From the human T2T-CHM13v2.0 reference genome, Homo sapiens: a stretch of DNA of 64,000 bases. A program made the translations under genes and the position numbers. Below, one piece after another: positions 37,959-62,529 of the stretch. Numbering within the stretch: the first letter of the stretch is position 1; the number at the start of each line of letters is the position of its first letter. The stretch lies in the NCBI RefSeq assembly GCF_009914755.1, contig NC_060927.1; one strand, 5' to 3'. The notes under the pieces are model-generated. The model was not told where the DNA came from, searched no databases, and saw nothing but the letters and a program-made list of their open reading frames with translations.

Positions 37959-38252
37959 TGTTAGCAGTGGCAAATCTGTATAGGTCTGCAGCATCGCCAA
38001 TTCTTGCCTCTTCGGAAGAAAGAATTTGACTGAGGGGCAAAAGGCAAGAAGGAGAGACCGAGGCAAGTTTTAGAGCAGGAGTGAAAGTTTATTAAAAAGT
38101 TTCAGAGCAGGAACGACAGGAAGTAAAGTACACCTGGAAGAGGGCCAAGCAGGCGTCTTGAGAGATCAAGTGCACGATTTGACCTTTGATGTGGGGTTTT
38201 ATATGTTGGCGTGCTTCTGGAGTCTTGCATCTCTTCTTCCCTGATTCTTCCC
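37959..38252 (-). mobile_element. MER50-like LTR, 3' part
   Basis: tgttagcagtggcaaatctgtataggtctgcagca...gagaccgaggcaagttttagagcaggagtgaaagtttatt; homologous to 31659-31810. Confidence 0.8.
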
Positions 38253-38254
38253 TT

Positions 38255-39298
38255 TGTTAGAATGTTGGGTGTGTTGGGCCTCGGGGACAGGCCTCAGGAA
38301 ACAGAATCTCTCTGATCTTCTCCCGCTCCCTGCTCCCTTTTCACCTGCCCCAAAGAAAGACTCCAATCTTCCCCCACCTTTCTCACTTGGGTCATAGACC
38401 CTTATTCCAGAGAGGGTCCTGCCCCATACTCTGGGGGAAGGAATGATGAGCTTCCATAAAAGCCCAAGAGAAGGCTGGTGTGGTGGCTCACGCCTGTAAT
38501 CCCAGCACTTTGGGAGGCTGAGGCAAGCAGATCACAAGGTCAGGAGATCAAGACCATCCTGGCCAACATGGTGAAACCCCGTCTCTGCTAAAATACAAAA
38601 AAATTAGCTGGGTGTGGTGGCGCGTGCTTGTAGTCCCAGCTTATCAGGAGGCTGAGGCAGGGGAATCGCTTGAACCCGGGAGGCAGAGGTTGCAGTGAGC
38701 CCAGATCATGCCACTCTGCACTCCAGCCTGGCAACAGAGCAAGACTCCGTCTCAAAAAAAAAAAAAAAAGAAAAAGGCCCAAGAGGACTGGGTTTGGAGA
38801 GCTTCTGGACAGCTGAACATTGGGAGGGTCCTGGAGGGTGCCCCAGGCAGGGCATGGAGCTCCATGCCCCTTCCCCAGTAGCTGGCCCTACGTGCTCTTC
38901 ATCTGGATCCTTTGTAATATCCTTTATAATAAACCAGTAAAAGTGTTTCCCTGAGTTCTGTGAGCTCCAGCAAATTAATTGAACCCAAATAAGGGGTTGT
39001 GGGAACCCCAACTTGAAGCTGCTCAGTCAGAGGTTCCAGAGGCCTGGACTTGTGACTCGTGTCCGAAACGGGGCCAGTCTTGGGGACCGAGCCCTCAATC
39101 TTTGGAATCTGATGCTATCTCCAGGTAGATGGTGTCAGAATTGAGGACACACAGCTTGTGTCCGCTGCTGAACTGCTTGCTTGCTTACTGGTGGGAAGAA
39201 ATATTCTCATATTTTGGGATTACAGAAGTCTTCTGTGTTGATTGTTGTGTTGGTGTGAGAGCAGAGTAAAAACACAATTTAAGCATTTTCCCTAAACA
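38255..39298 (+). mobile_element. MER21A-like LTR interrupted by an AluSc at 38473-38775
   Basis: ccagagagggtcctgccccata...ggactgggtttggagagcttctggacagctgaaca...aataaaccagtaaaagtgtttccctgagttctgtgagc...ctgatgctatctccaggtagatggtgtcagaattg; Alu TSD gcccaagag. Confidence 0.8.
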
Positions 39299-39299
39299 T

Positions 39300-39660
39300 T
39301 ACATATGGAGATATCCACATTTAAAGAGCTGAATAATGTCTAGGATTTGCTTTAAAATATTTCACACACACACACACACACGATAAAGAAGAGAGAAAAA
39401 AGAAGGATAAATGAAGTAAATACAGCAAATCTTGTTGATGGTTGAATTGGGTTGATGGGTATATGTGAATTAATTGAATCATTTTTTCTATTATTGTGTG
39501 TATTTAAATCTTTTAATAATAATTTATTTTCTTTTTTGATTTTTTATTGTGATAAAATATCCGTAATATAAAGTTTATCATTTTAACCCTTTTTGAATGT
39601 ACAATTCAGTGGCATTCGTATTATTGTGCAACCATCACCACTGCCCATCTCCGGACTTTC
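39300..39660. mobile_element. Two old L1M 3' fragments in opposite orientation; (CA)n at 39363-39381
   Basis: aatgtctaggatttgctttaaaata (+); tttattgtgataaaatat...gtacaattcagtggcatt...gtgcaaccatcacc (-). Confidence 0.7.
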
Positions 39661-39691
39661 TTTGGTCTTTATAAATCAAAACAGCAACTCA

Positions 39692-39995
<304 letters not shown>

Positions 39996-40629
39996 CACAA
40001 CCAATCTAACAAAGTTGTCTGTAGAACCCAATATCTACTCGGGTGATTTGGAGCAGGGGTGGGAATGAGTAGAATAGTCATGCAAAATCTAAAACATCCC
40101 TAAAGTTGGAGAGGGATTGGCCCCCTAAAATTGATGGGATGCCCCCACCATCATGGCTAAAGCCACCCCTATGTCTCTCAGGTCTCAGACTGTTGATGAG
40201 GCCAGGCCCGGAGAGGAGTAGCCCATGAAGTCATCTTGTTCAGCCCCCTGACTCGGGGCAGGACTGCACCCCATCCAGGTCAGAGGCTGACTCACTCCCA
40301 GCTATTCACTGGAAAGTTAGGCAGCTCCCTCCTCATCCTGCCTTCCAGGAAAGCCAGGCTTTCTGGAAGCCCAGAGGCTAGAGCTTGCCTCTTCCTGCCC
40401 AGGGTGGGATGAGGGGGTTGGGTTAGAGGATGGGGCGAGGGGCTGGTTCACTCTGACCTCATCACATTCTTGGACGGGGGAGCGGAAGCCTGGTGAGCCA
40501 TCCCCAGGTCCAGCCTCCTGAAGCCTGCTGCTGTGATTTGTGGGCTGGCTTCCAGGCAGGGTAAGAATGGAATTGGCCCCAGGAACACACTGTAGGAAGG
40601 GACCTGTCTGCCTCCATTTGGGAAGGAAA

Positions 40630-40840
40630 ATGGTGAAAACCTAGGCTCAAGTCCCTGCACTGCTGTTTCCTACTGTGTCACACTGAGCAAGTTATTTAAG
40701 CTGAGCACAGTCCTTTCCTGTGAAATGGGGATAACAATGGCACCTAACTCATAGGGCTGTTTTGAGGATTAAATGAGGTACTTTTATCCTTTGCATTATT
40801 CCTGGGGGCATGGTTTTTGTTCAGTAAATATTAGCTACCT
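40630..40840 (+). mobile_element. MIR
   Basis: ctgtgaaatggggataacaatggcacctaactcatagggctgttttgaggattaaatgag. Confidence 0.8.
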
Positions 40841-40869
40841 GGAAAGCAAGAGCATTTAAAGGCAAAGGG

Positions 40870-41365
<496 letters not shown>

Positions 41366-41424
41366 CTATCACCAGCTCCATCGAAACTAGTAGTGCCACA
41401 GCCGAGGCTCTCAAGGGAGGGGGC

Positions 41425-41690
41425 AGCGTAGTGGGGGCTGAGGGCTCACGTAGCTAGTGGGCAAGGTATAGGCTCTGAGGCCAGACTGTGTGGGTTCAGA
41501 TACCAGCTATGCTATAGATTGCGTGATGTTGGGCAAGTCACTTAATAACCTTCCGTGTATCTCAGTTTCCTCCTCTCCACAGTGGAGGAAATAGTAATGT
41601 CAGCTTCACAGGGATATCATGAAAATTAAATGACTTCTATGTAAAACACTCAGAGCAGTGCCTGGAACACGGTAAGTCCTACATGTGCGA
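41425..41690 (+). mobile_element. MIR, near full length
   Basis: ggctctgaggccagactgtgtgggttcagat...ttgggcaagtcactt...cagtgcctggaacacggtaag. Confidence 0.85.
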
Positions 41691-41819
41691 CGGCTCCAAC
41701 CATCTGTATTATTTGTGTCTATCCAGAGTCTTCTTCCTCCATTCCCAGTCATAACAATAACAACAGCAATAATATCAGCAGCCACTGTTGGTTATCCTCT
41801 CACTTTATAAATTATCCCA

Positions 41820-42118
41820 ACAGGCATGGTGGCTCACGCCTATAATCCCAGCACTTTGGGAGGCTGAGGACCACTTGAGGACAGGAGTTCGAGACCAGCC
41901 TGGCCAACATGGTGAAATCCTGTCTCTACTAAAAACACAAAAATCAGCCAGGCGTGGTGGCACACAACTGTAATCCCTGCTATTCAGGGAGCTGAGGCAG
42001 GAGAATCACTTGAACCTGGGAGGCAGAGGTTGGAGTGAGCTGAGATCATGCCACTGCGCTCCAGCCTGGGTGACAGAGCAACACTCTGTCTCAAAAATAA
42101 ATAAAAATAAAAAATAAA
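41820..42118 (+). mobile_element. AluS
   Basis: TSD ataaattatc. Confidence 0.9.
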
Positions 42119-42760
42119 TTATCTCAACAAACCCAAGACACCATCCTTACCCTATAGGTGGAGCAACTGAGGCTCAGGAATGCTGGGTAAGGTGCTCGAG
42201 ATCACACCGGTGCAGCCAGGATTTGAACTCAGGTCTCTGACTCAAGGGCCCACACGTGTGGCCATTTACTATTATATATGGCACTTAAGGAACAGCTCTG
42301 AGCTCAATACATAGATCCTCATAAAACAATAAGACCCTGAGGCAGTGGCCCACGAGACACTGACTGTGCCATGTCAGTTGTGTTGTAGGTGTTCAGAGGA
42401 GAGAGTAAAGCTGGAACGACCCAGGGAGGACATGGTCTGGCCTTGGACCTTGAAGAGGAGGTGAGACTTGGATTAGTGCATTGGGAGGGGTGTGGTTTCA
42501 GGTGGGGACAAAGGTGTGGAAGTAGGGCTGGGTGGGGCCCCACTTAGAGGCGGTGTCTGGGGTAAAGTCAGGGGCAGGGAGGGCGGCTGGCCAGCTTCCA
42601 AGTGGAATTGAGGCATAAAGCAGGGCTGAGGCCCAGGCCAGGAGCCGAGCACCTCCTTTTCCTGTTAGCCTCATTTCCCTTCCTCAGGGACCCACAGAAT
42701 AAGCTCTTAACTAGAAGCTATTGTCCCTGCCCCCTCAAAATCCCAGTTTGGAGGCCCAAA

Positions 42761-43185
42761 TGTCAAAGGGGAGCGATGGCTCTCTGGGCCAGTGGCGTGG
42801 GGGTAAAATAATTTACCAAGACAGTTGTAGGCAGAAAAAGGCTGATTTATTGGAGAAAGTAGAAAAATAGGTTGCAAGGAGACAGGGCAGCCTGCATGAG
42901 AGATGCCGACTGCAAAGAAACAAAGGCTGGCTGGAGATTTTATAGGACGGTGCTGACACTGTGTGCTGAAGAGGGCTGTGCGCAGCACCACGACGCCAAG
43001 CTTGCAGTGAGCTCACCTGCAGGTGTCTGGTGGTAGCTGGGCACAGGAAGATGGTGAGTTACTTGCGCAGGAGGGCTGTGTCCTGGACCACAAAGAAAGG
43101 CAGACTTGTAGCTCATCTGCTTCTGCTTTTGCTTTCCCTGGTCCCACCAGCCTGACTCCCTTTCCCTCATCAGGACTCCTCCACA
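42761..43185 (-). mobile_element. Complete solo ERVL LTR (LTR47-like)
   Basis: TG...CA termini with TSD ccaaa / ccaag. Minus strand starts tgtggaggagtcctgatgagggaaagggagtcaggctgg, with TATAAAA at 42938-42944 and AATAAA at 42846-42851. Confidence 0.82.
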
Positions 43186-43649
43186 CCAAGGAAATAACAG
43201 GTCCCCCTGCTCAGATTCAGCCTCGAGCCAGCAACAAGGGGAGTCGGAGGAGGCCTTTAGCCTATTTTATTGGTTTATTTTCTTCTCACAGCAAATATGC
43301 CCAGCCTGTGGCAGGCATCCAGGCACACCCAGTACATGTTCCTGTCCTTCCTCCCCTTGCAGGTATGGAGTGGGACCCAGTCCCGACACAGACTCACTGT
43401 CCCTCTAAAACCACATCCACCCCCACCTCAGAAACGGAAGTTTCACTGAAGGTTTCTTAGGAATTTAAAAGGCAAGGTTCCTTCCCAGTTTAGCAAGACT
43501 TTCTGAAAAGCTCACCTCCCATCCCAGGGACTTTTTTCCCTAGGGCCCCAGCTTCAACCCTCCTCCCAAATCACAGCCTCCTCTTTGCCTCTCCAGATGA
43601 ATCCCAGTCTGTGGCCCACAGCCCTCACATTCTTAAACTAAGTGCCATT

Positions 43650-44380
<731 letters not shown>

Positions 44381-44674
44381 CCCTTAGCACATAGAATGTC
44401 AAGTTTTCAAGAATTTTAAAGCTAAGGTCTGAGATCCCATCCCCTCCCCCCACTCCACTCCCAAAAAAGCGTATTTTGAGAAGGGCTGCTCTGGACTACA
44501 CTCACCCCACACTCACCCCTTCGCTTCTCATCTTGCCCTTAGGCCCTCAGTAGAAGGTTTGAGGTCTCATAGTTGAAGTGATTGTACTTTTCGCAAAGTA
44601 CTTTCAGCTGTTCTTTATGAGAGAGAAGTTATCATCCCATTTTACAGCTGGGCAAACTGAGATTTAGAAACTCC

Positions 44675-45155
44675 CAGGTGTGGTGGCTCATGCCTGTAAT
44701 CCCAGTGCTTTGGGAAGCCGAGGCAGGAGAATCACTACAGCCCAGGAGTTCAAGGCTGCAGGAGCTATGATTGCACCACTGCACTCCAGCCTGGACAACA
44801 GAGCAAGACCTTGTCTCTATTTTAAAAAGGAAAAGAAAAGAAATTCCCGGCCGGGCGTGGTGGCTCACACCTGTAATCCCAGCACTTTGGGAGGCTGAGG
44901 CGGGTGGATCAACGAAGTCAGGAGTTCAAGACCAGCCTGGCTAACATGGTGAAACCCTGTCTCTACTAAAAAATACAAAAATTAGCCAGGCATGGTGGCA
45001 GGCGCCTGTAATCCCAGCTACTCAGGAGGCTGAGACGGGAGAATATGCTTGAACCTGGAAGGCAGAGGTTGCAGTGAGCCGAGATCACGCCACTCCACTC
45101 CAGCCTGGGCGACAGAGCGAGACTCCGGGTCAATAAAAAAAAAAAAAGAAAAAAA
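44675..45155 (+). mobile_element. Alu monomer (44675-44840) plus AluS (44849-45155) inside a MIR
   Basis: Target motif agaaactccc / agaaattccc / agagattccc repeated three times. Confidence 0.88.
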
Positions 45156-45724
45156 GAGATTCCCTCCCTGAGCTGACACCTTGCTGGCTAGTAGCATAGG
45201 TGGTACCAGCTCTGGCCTCCAGACATCCTCAGCCCTCAGCCATTTCCACTACAGAAAGCACCCAGACATCATCCAAAGCCAACACTCAGATGATGCAAAA
45301 GTCAATGCAGATAACTCACAGGAAGGAAGGTCATCCTGAGGTCTGATGAGTCAGGGAAGGACAGAGACATTCCTCACATTTTCACCAGCAGTTCTGCTGA
45401 TAGAGGTCTCATGTGGGTCTGGTGTTCCTCTAGGATTGGGTGGAGCCGTTTAAACATGAGAAACGGCTGTTACAATAAATACAATAAAAGATGGTCATGC
45501 TGATTTAGCAGTAAGTGAGTGGAGCCAGAAAACCAAATTGGGGGTGAGGGTGAGGAAGAGGAATGGGGCTTTGCAGTCGAATCCAGCAGCAAATAGGCCC
45601 ATGCCTGGAAGGAAGTTAGTCTGAGGCCACAACAAATCAGGCAGGGAGGTACATTGCTGGTAGCTACACATATTGGTGTCATCTTCCTAGAGGACATGTG
45701 GGTAGTTTATAAGAGAAACCATTA

Positions 45725-46008
<284 letters not shown>

Positions 46009-46029
46009 GCTATTAGCCAGGCCTATTTA

Positions 46030-47800
<1,771 letters not shown>

Positions 47801-47854
47801 CCAGGAGGAAATCTTGATTTTTAAAATGTTAATTACCTTTAAAAAAGAAAACCT

Positions 47855-48166
<312 letters not shown>

Positions 48167-49000
48167 CTAGTGGTAAAATGCAAAAGATACCAAGGCATAC
48201 ATGGTGTTAAGTCCTCCTATCTCTGTCCCCAAAAGTAGCAATGTTACCATTTTCTTGTGAATCATTCCAGAGGTATTTTATGCACAGACAGGCAAATATG
48301 TGTACCTTGCTCCACCTTTTTACACAAGGGCGGTACCCTGGCCATGCTGTTCTGCACCCAACCACGGGGCTGCTTGAATTATGAGATTCTGTAAGCACCT
48401 CGGTTTCAGATGTCTGACTCTGAGGGGATGGGTCAGTAAATGACATTCTGTATAGCAAGGGCCTGGCCACAGCTAGGAGCAGTGACACAGATAAGTAGCT
48501 TCTGGTCTCATGAAAAAGTAAGATGTCAAATGACAATAAAATCGAGTGCAGAGTACATAATCATTTCAATTAGGTGGAAGTTATCTTTCAGGAGAGGCTG
48601 CAGGAAACTGTAAATCACTGAGATAAAGTGGAAGGCCTGTGAGTAGCATGTTTTGTTACATGTAAAAGAAAAACTAAAAGATGAGACTGTGAGCTTTTGG
48701 GAATGCAGTTTCCAGGATCCTGAAGCCAACCACATATAGGTGGCAAAGACCCCGTCGCCCTTTCCTGGTCAGGGAGGGAAGGGCCGTTTGACTTTCTAGA
48801 ATTGTCTCCCTGGATTGAGGGTGTTTGCAGTTAATTGTTTTGTGGAAATAAGAGCAGAGCAAACACCCCACCCAGGGCAGGGACAGGATGTAGATTCCTC
48901 AGGCCTGAACTGTCAGGCTCGAGGCCACACACTTGTGGATGCCCCACACCCTGGTGCTACTCACAGCCTGCAGGATGAACGCTGTCCCTCAGCCTGGTAC

Positions 49001-49060
49001 CTGTCTGTCCGTCCGTCCGTCCATCCATCCATCCATCCATCCATCCATCCATCCATCCAC
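49001..49060 (+). repeat. Compound (TCTG)(TCCG)n(TCCA)n microsatellite at an L2 tail (L2 on - strand ~49060-49350)
   Basis: ctgtctgtccgtccgtccgtccatccatcc... followed by attcactcagcgtttattgtgtgcc. Confidence 0.85.
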
Positions 49061-49501
49061 TAGCTTATTTCCTTTATTCACTCAGCGTTTATTGTGTGCC
49101 TGAGCTTGTGGCAGGTGCAGGGATATGGCTGTGGTTGAGATGGATACAGATCCTCTGCATGGAGTGGAAGGTCTGGTACAGAACTAACCAGGTGTGGGGC
49201 ATGCATCTGTGCTCCAGCAATGCCCTGAGATCTCCATGTACTTCCCCACCCTGGGGAGCAGGGCAGCTTTGTGGAGGAGGCAAAGACCAAGCTAAGCAGG
49301 AGTGAGCTAGGCTTGGGGGGCTCAGGGGAAAAAAGGGGACACTCCAGGTGAATGGGGACAAGAAAAGGCTCACAGACCAGTACCAGCATCCATTCACCAA
49401 GTCTTTGCCTCAGCTGCACCCTGTGCCTGGTGCCTGGCAGTCACGATTTCATTTCATCTCCATAGTAGCCTTTTGAGCAAGATAATTATCATGCCCTTTA
49501 A

Positions 49502-50272
<771 letters not shown>

Positions 50273-50483
50273 TGAGCACCATGTGCCAGGACATAGGGCC
50301 ACAAGGCCCCTGTGTAGAATGCCTGGTGTCTTCCAGACATTTGTGAATTTATCCTCCCTGCAAAATTGAGCACCTCAAAGACAAAGCTGAGAGTTTCCTT
50401 GTTTTTTTGTGTGTCTCCCCGGTGCTCAGCCCAAGGCCTGATGTACAGAAGGCACTCAAACATTGCAGATAAGACATAGTAGC

Positions 50484-50835
<352 letters not shown>

Positions 50836-51288
50836 CTAGGAACCATGTATATGTCCCTGAAACCCTCCACCCACAGCTTCATGGTCCGTCAAACAAGAGT
50901 TCTTTCAACATGAATATTTTTAGAGCACCCATGTGCTCTAAAACAACAGCAGAGCAGTAAGAGTGCCTGGCACAGGGAGTTTCAAGGGAAGAGTCTGAGA
51001 AGTTACCAGAATGTTGTAATCTGTCACAGCAGGATGATTTGCTCTGATGGGGACCATACAGGGTACAAGGTGCATGCAGTTGGGCTATTATCAGGATGAA
51101 TGGCATAACACATACCGGATAGAGAAGTTGGTGGTTTCCTGTGTGCCAGGCACTGTGTGAGTGCTTTGCAGAAACTTATTTGGGCCTTACAATTTCATCA
51201 GGTGGGTACCATTATGATCAGCCCGTTTAATGAGAGGAAGATGGTGGAGGCTCAGAGGGGTTAGATAACTTGCAAAGGCACACAGCTA

Positions 51289-51758
<470 letters not shown>

Positions 51759-52267
51759 TCACACAGCTAGCAGATCTGGGACCAGAACGTAGGCTGATGG
51801 GCTCTTGACCATAGGATCCCCTGGATCAGGGAGACTGGCAGGTGACACTGAATTCTCCTCCTCTGCACCACATAGGACAGATGAAGTCATGTGTACTGAT
51901 CATGGGGGCAGGGAGGTCCCAGGGTTGAAGGAGCCCCTCCAGGAAGACATGTTTTGGGAACTTCAAATGAAGTCAAGGTCTGTCCCAAATCTCAGGCTCT
52001 AAGCTCTGGCCACATCCTGTCAGCAGCATTCCGCCAGGGTGTAGAGCAGAGCGAGGACTGGGAAGCGCTGGGGGTGCAGGGTGGCTGCGGGGTGCACTAC
52101 CCCAGAGTTCTGTCCTCATGTCCAAACCAACCCTGTTCCCGTGGGCCCGGGGCCCCTGCAGGTTTCCTGAACCAGAAGCGACCTTTGCCTCTCTGCTGCA
52201 GGGAGACGTGGGTAAGGCCTCTTCAGGTTTTGGCTGTGCAGGGTAGCTGACCTTTCCCTGTCTCTGA

Positions 52268-52859
<592 letters not shown>

Positions 52860-53299
52860 GCCTGTGTTCTTTTAAAAGGTCGTCTTCCTTCCTGCCCTCC
52901 ATCACTTGCCCTCCATGGCCCTTCATGGCCCCTCTGCTTCCCTGGACAAAGCAGAGATGTGACTGGTGTTCCCAGCATTTGTCCACAGACACCATTTTCC
53001 TCTCAGGCCCTGAGGTGCTGGACTACAGAGCCGGCCTCCCAGCCACCTGCCATGAAAACCTCACCTGGACCAGTGGGACTCTGTTAAATCTGTTAACACC
53101 CCCACTTCGGCCTGCCCTAGACAACAGCTACATCTTGGAAAAAGGAAATGAAACTGGTTTAAAACCTCTCCCAACTGTTCAGAAGGCTCAGGCCCCATTT
53201 CCAAGACAGAAGGAGCCAGACTCTTCTGCGCATGTCCCTTTATTTATAGTCACCAGATCCTGGTCCCAACGATCAAGGCTCCTGGGTGGGGATGGTCCT

Positions 53300-54165
<866 letters not shown>

Positions 54166-54534
54166 ATATCAAGTTGCCAACATTTATTGAGCACCGTCTC
54201 TGTGCTAAGCATCGTGCTCAGCATTTCACAAGTCTTAACTCATTTAATCCTATGACAGCCAGCACTATGAAGAAGAGACCGTTATCATTTCCGTTGTACA
54301 GACGTGGAAACTGACTCAGAGCATGGGCTTGAGGCCAAAGGCCTCTTCCACTCCACCCATCCTCCATCAGCCTGAATTGCTTTCATTTCCTCAAAATGCT
54401 GGGCTCCCACACCTCTTGATCTCTGCACTCTGGGGCACAGGGAGGTTAAATCACTTGGTGACACAGCAATTTAGAGGCTGAGCTACCCAGATTCAAGAGC
54501 CATCTCCAGGCTCAGAGCCCACATACTCTGCCAC

Positions 54535-55670
<1,136 letters not shown>

Positions 55671-55984
55671 ACCACGGAGCCAGTCCCCACAGCCTGGTCA
55701 GGTGCAGCATGATTCCAGACAACAGCAATGAGGAAGCCAGCCTTGTGGAGCTGATGCCTGGCAGAGAACATCACTAAGCAACAGGCATCCTGAGTGCTTG
55801 GGTTTGAGGCCCAGCCTTGCTATCTCCCAGCTGTGTGATTTGGACCAAGTAACTCGATCTCACCTCACCTGCCTGATGAGATAACAGGATTTTGTGAGGT
55901 TTATATGTATCTATGGCTCTTGGAACAATGTCTGGCACAGAGTAATTTACAAGGGCTCAGTAAATCTGTCATTTATGGCCTCCC

Positions 55985-56447
55985 CATGTCAGCAGCTAGG
56001 TGGCTGGCCACAGCCCTCGTGGTGGAGTGAGGCTGGGATCTGGGGCTGGCCAATGAGAGGCCCAAGTCTCCTTGACTGGGGGATCAGCCATGGTCACCAG
56101 AACCAACTCACATCAGCCCTGGACTTTGGCTGGAAGTTCTGGGAAAGAGGTGCTCTCTCCCTGTTGGGATCTTGTTGGGATTCTCGAGGAGCTCGGCCTG
56201 GAGAAGATGGCGGGCATTTTTGTCACCACGAGGGGACAGCCTGCCTGAGAAGGAAGCCAACAGGAAGGAAGGTGGAGACCAGGATGGAGCAGGGCAGCTC
56301 TTGATGACGTCACCAAGGCCCTAGATCCAGACTTGCCTGAACCACCCCTTGGACTGTCTGGTTCCAGGAACCAATCACTACCCCTTTTTGCTTTAGGAGT
56401 TTTATCTGGGTTTCTGCCACTCACAACCAGGAGAGTCCTGACTGATA
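55985..56447 (+). mobile_element. Old MLT1 (MLT1K-like) LTR
   Basis: gctggccaatgagag...gacagcctgcctgagaaggaagccaaca...ctagatccagacttgcctgaa...gggtttctgccactcacaaccaggagagtcctgactgata. Confidence 0.7.
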
Positions 56448-57033
56448 GACAGGGACTCAATGAACACATGTTGATTGAGTGACTGAGTGAGCATTCAGGG
56501 CTCTGGCACTGTCCTGAGCCCAGTAAATTTTGGGATGATTGTGTGGTAAGTGTCTCGCCTTCCTGTAGGACCATAGGGACTTGCAGGGGATTCTTCATTT
56601 GACTTGGGAAGATGCCTTCTTCGTCCTCCCTGCTTGCAGGGCTTGGCATCGAAGTCTAGGTTCCTTCAAGAGAAGGCGGAGGTACTGTGCACCTGGCCCA
56701 GGAGGCCAAATCCCTGTTTTCTTCTCTCTGACCCAAATTTCCCCAAACAGCGAGGTCTCAGCTCCACTTGGAGAGGGGAGATGGGAAAGAGGCTGGCTGC
56801 TAGAGTCCAAAGCAACAGCCCAGGAAATAAGGGCCTTTATTAGTCCCATTTTACAGATGAAGACACTGAGGCCAGAGAGCCGAAGTTATCTGTCTTCAAA
56901 CCCAGGGCCCACCAAACAGAACTCAACTCTATCCTTGCTTCCAAACCACTGCTTCCTCCTCCTTAGCCATTTTCCATCTGGTGTTGGCGTTTTTTTTTCC
57001 TGGCTTTCTTGCCCTGTCATATTTGGATACTCT

Positions 57034-58265
<1,232 letters not shown>

Positions 58266-58654
58266 TAGGCAGAAGAGCTAGGGCAGAGGTGAGAAGTTTG
58301 GGGCAAATATTTCCTGCTTCTCACCCTGGTGGACATACCAAGTCAACCTTCGCTCTGAGAACACCTAGACATGGCCTAGAAAGATGAGCTGAAATTTGAA
58401 GTTGCCCTCAGGCTTTGAGGTGGGACTCTAATAACCATGATTAATGCATTCAGGGAATAACATGACAAGAATGTCAGCAGAAAACTAGGAACTATAAAAA
58501 AGAATCATATGGAAATTCCAGAACTGAAAAATATGATACTGAAATTAAGATTTGCAGTTATTAAAATCACAGACTGTGAGCCACACTGCCCAGGTTTAAG
58601 TCCAGGCTCCAGTCTCTGCCATGTACAATGCCACACCTGTTTCTTTCTTTCTGT

Positions 58655-59515
<861 letters not shown>

Positions 59516-59527
59516 AAGTCTTTGTTC

Positions 59528-60071
<544 letters not shown>

Positions 60072-60409
60072 TTAGGTTGTATTTGTTGAAATGTCTGTCT
60101 CTTGAGGTAGACTGCAGGTTCCTGGAGGGCAGGGGCTTTCTGCGGGCTGCACCCTCCAGGGCCTGGCATCCTGCCTGGCATGGAGCAGACATTCAATAGC
60201 TGTCTCTGGAGTATTTGGAGGTGATTCTTTCCCATGCATGGCCTTGCCTTCCCCTTAGGCTCTAACAGGGACAAGAGAAACACAAATATTATTGCTCTTT
60301 TTCAGCCACTGAGGAAAATGAGGTTCCCTGAGGTTGAATAACTTGATTCATGTCACAGGACTAAAGAGAAGTAGACCCTGACCTCCAATCTAAAACTTCA
60401 AGCAAGGGT

Positions 60410-61205
<796 letters not shown>

Positions 61206-61248
61206 AACTGTGACTCAGTAGGATCAAACCAGAAGTAGATTTGAATGA

Positions 61249-61973
<725 letters not shown>

Positions 61974-62239
61974 TGACATTACTACATGAGCACCTCAGCA
62001 CAGCCATGTGATCTAAATATTACTATTATTCCCGTACAACTCATCAATGCAGAATAAGGATTTGAACTTGAATCTGACTCCAGTACCTCACTATGCCTGG
62101 ACTTCCCACGGTTTCCTGGGAGGTAGTATGGTGCTGTGGTTCCGAGCTTGGCTTTTGGAGTCAGACCTATTAACTACTTGCTTAATCTCACTGGGCCTCA
62201 GTTCCTACCTCGTGGGGTTATGTAAAGATTAAATGTGGT

Positions 62240-62529
<290 letters not shown>

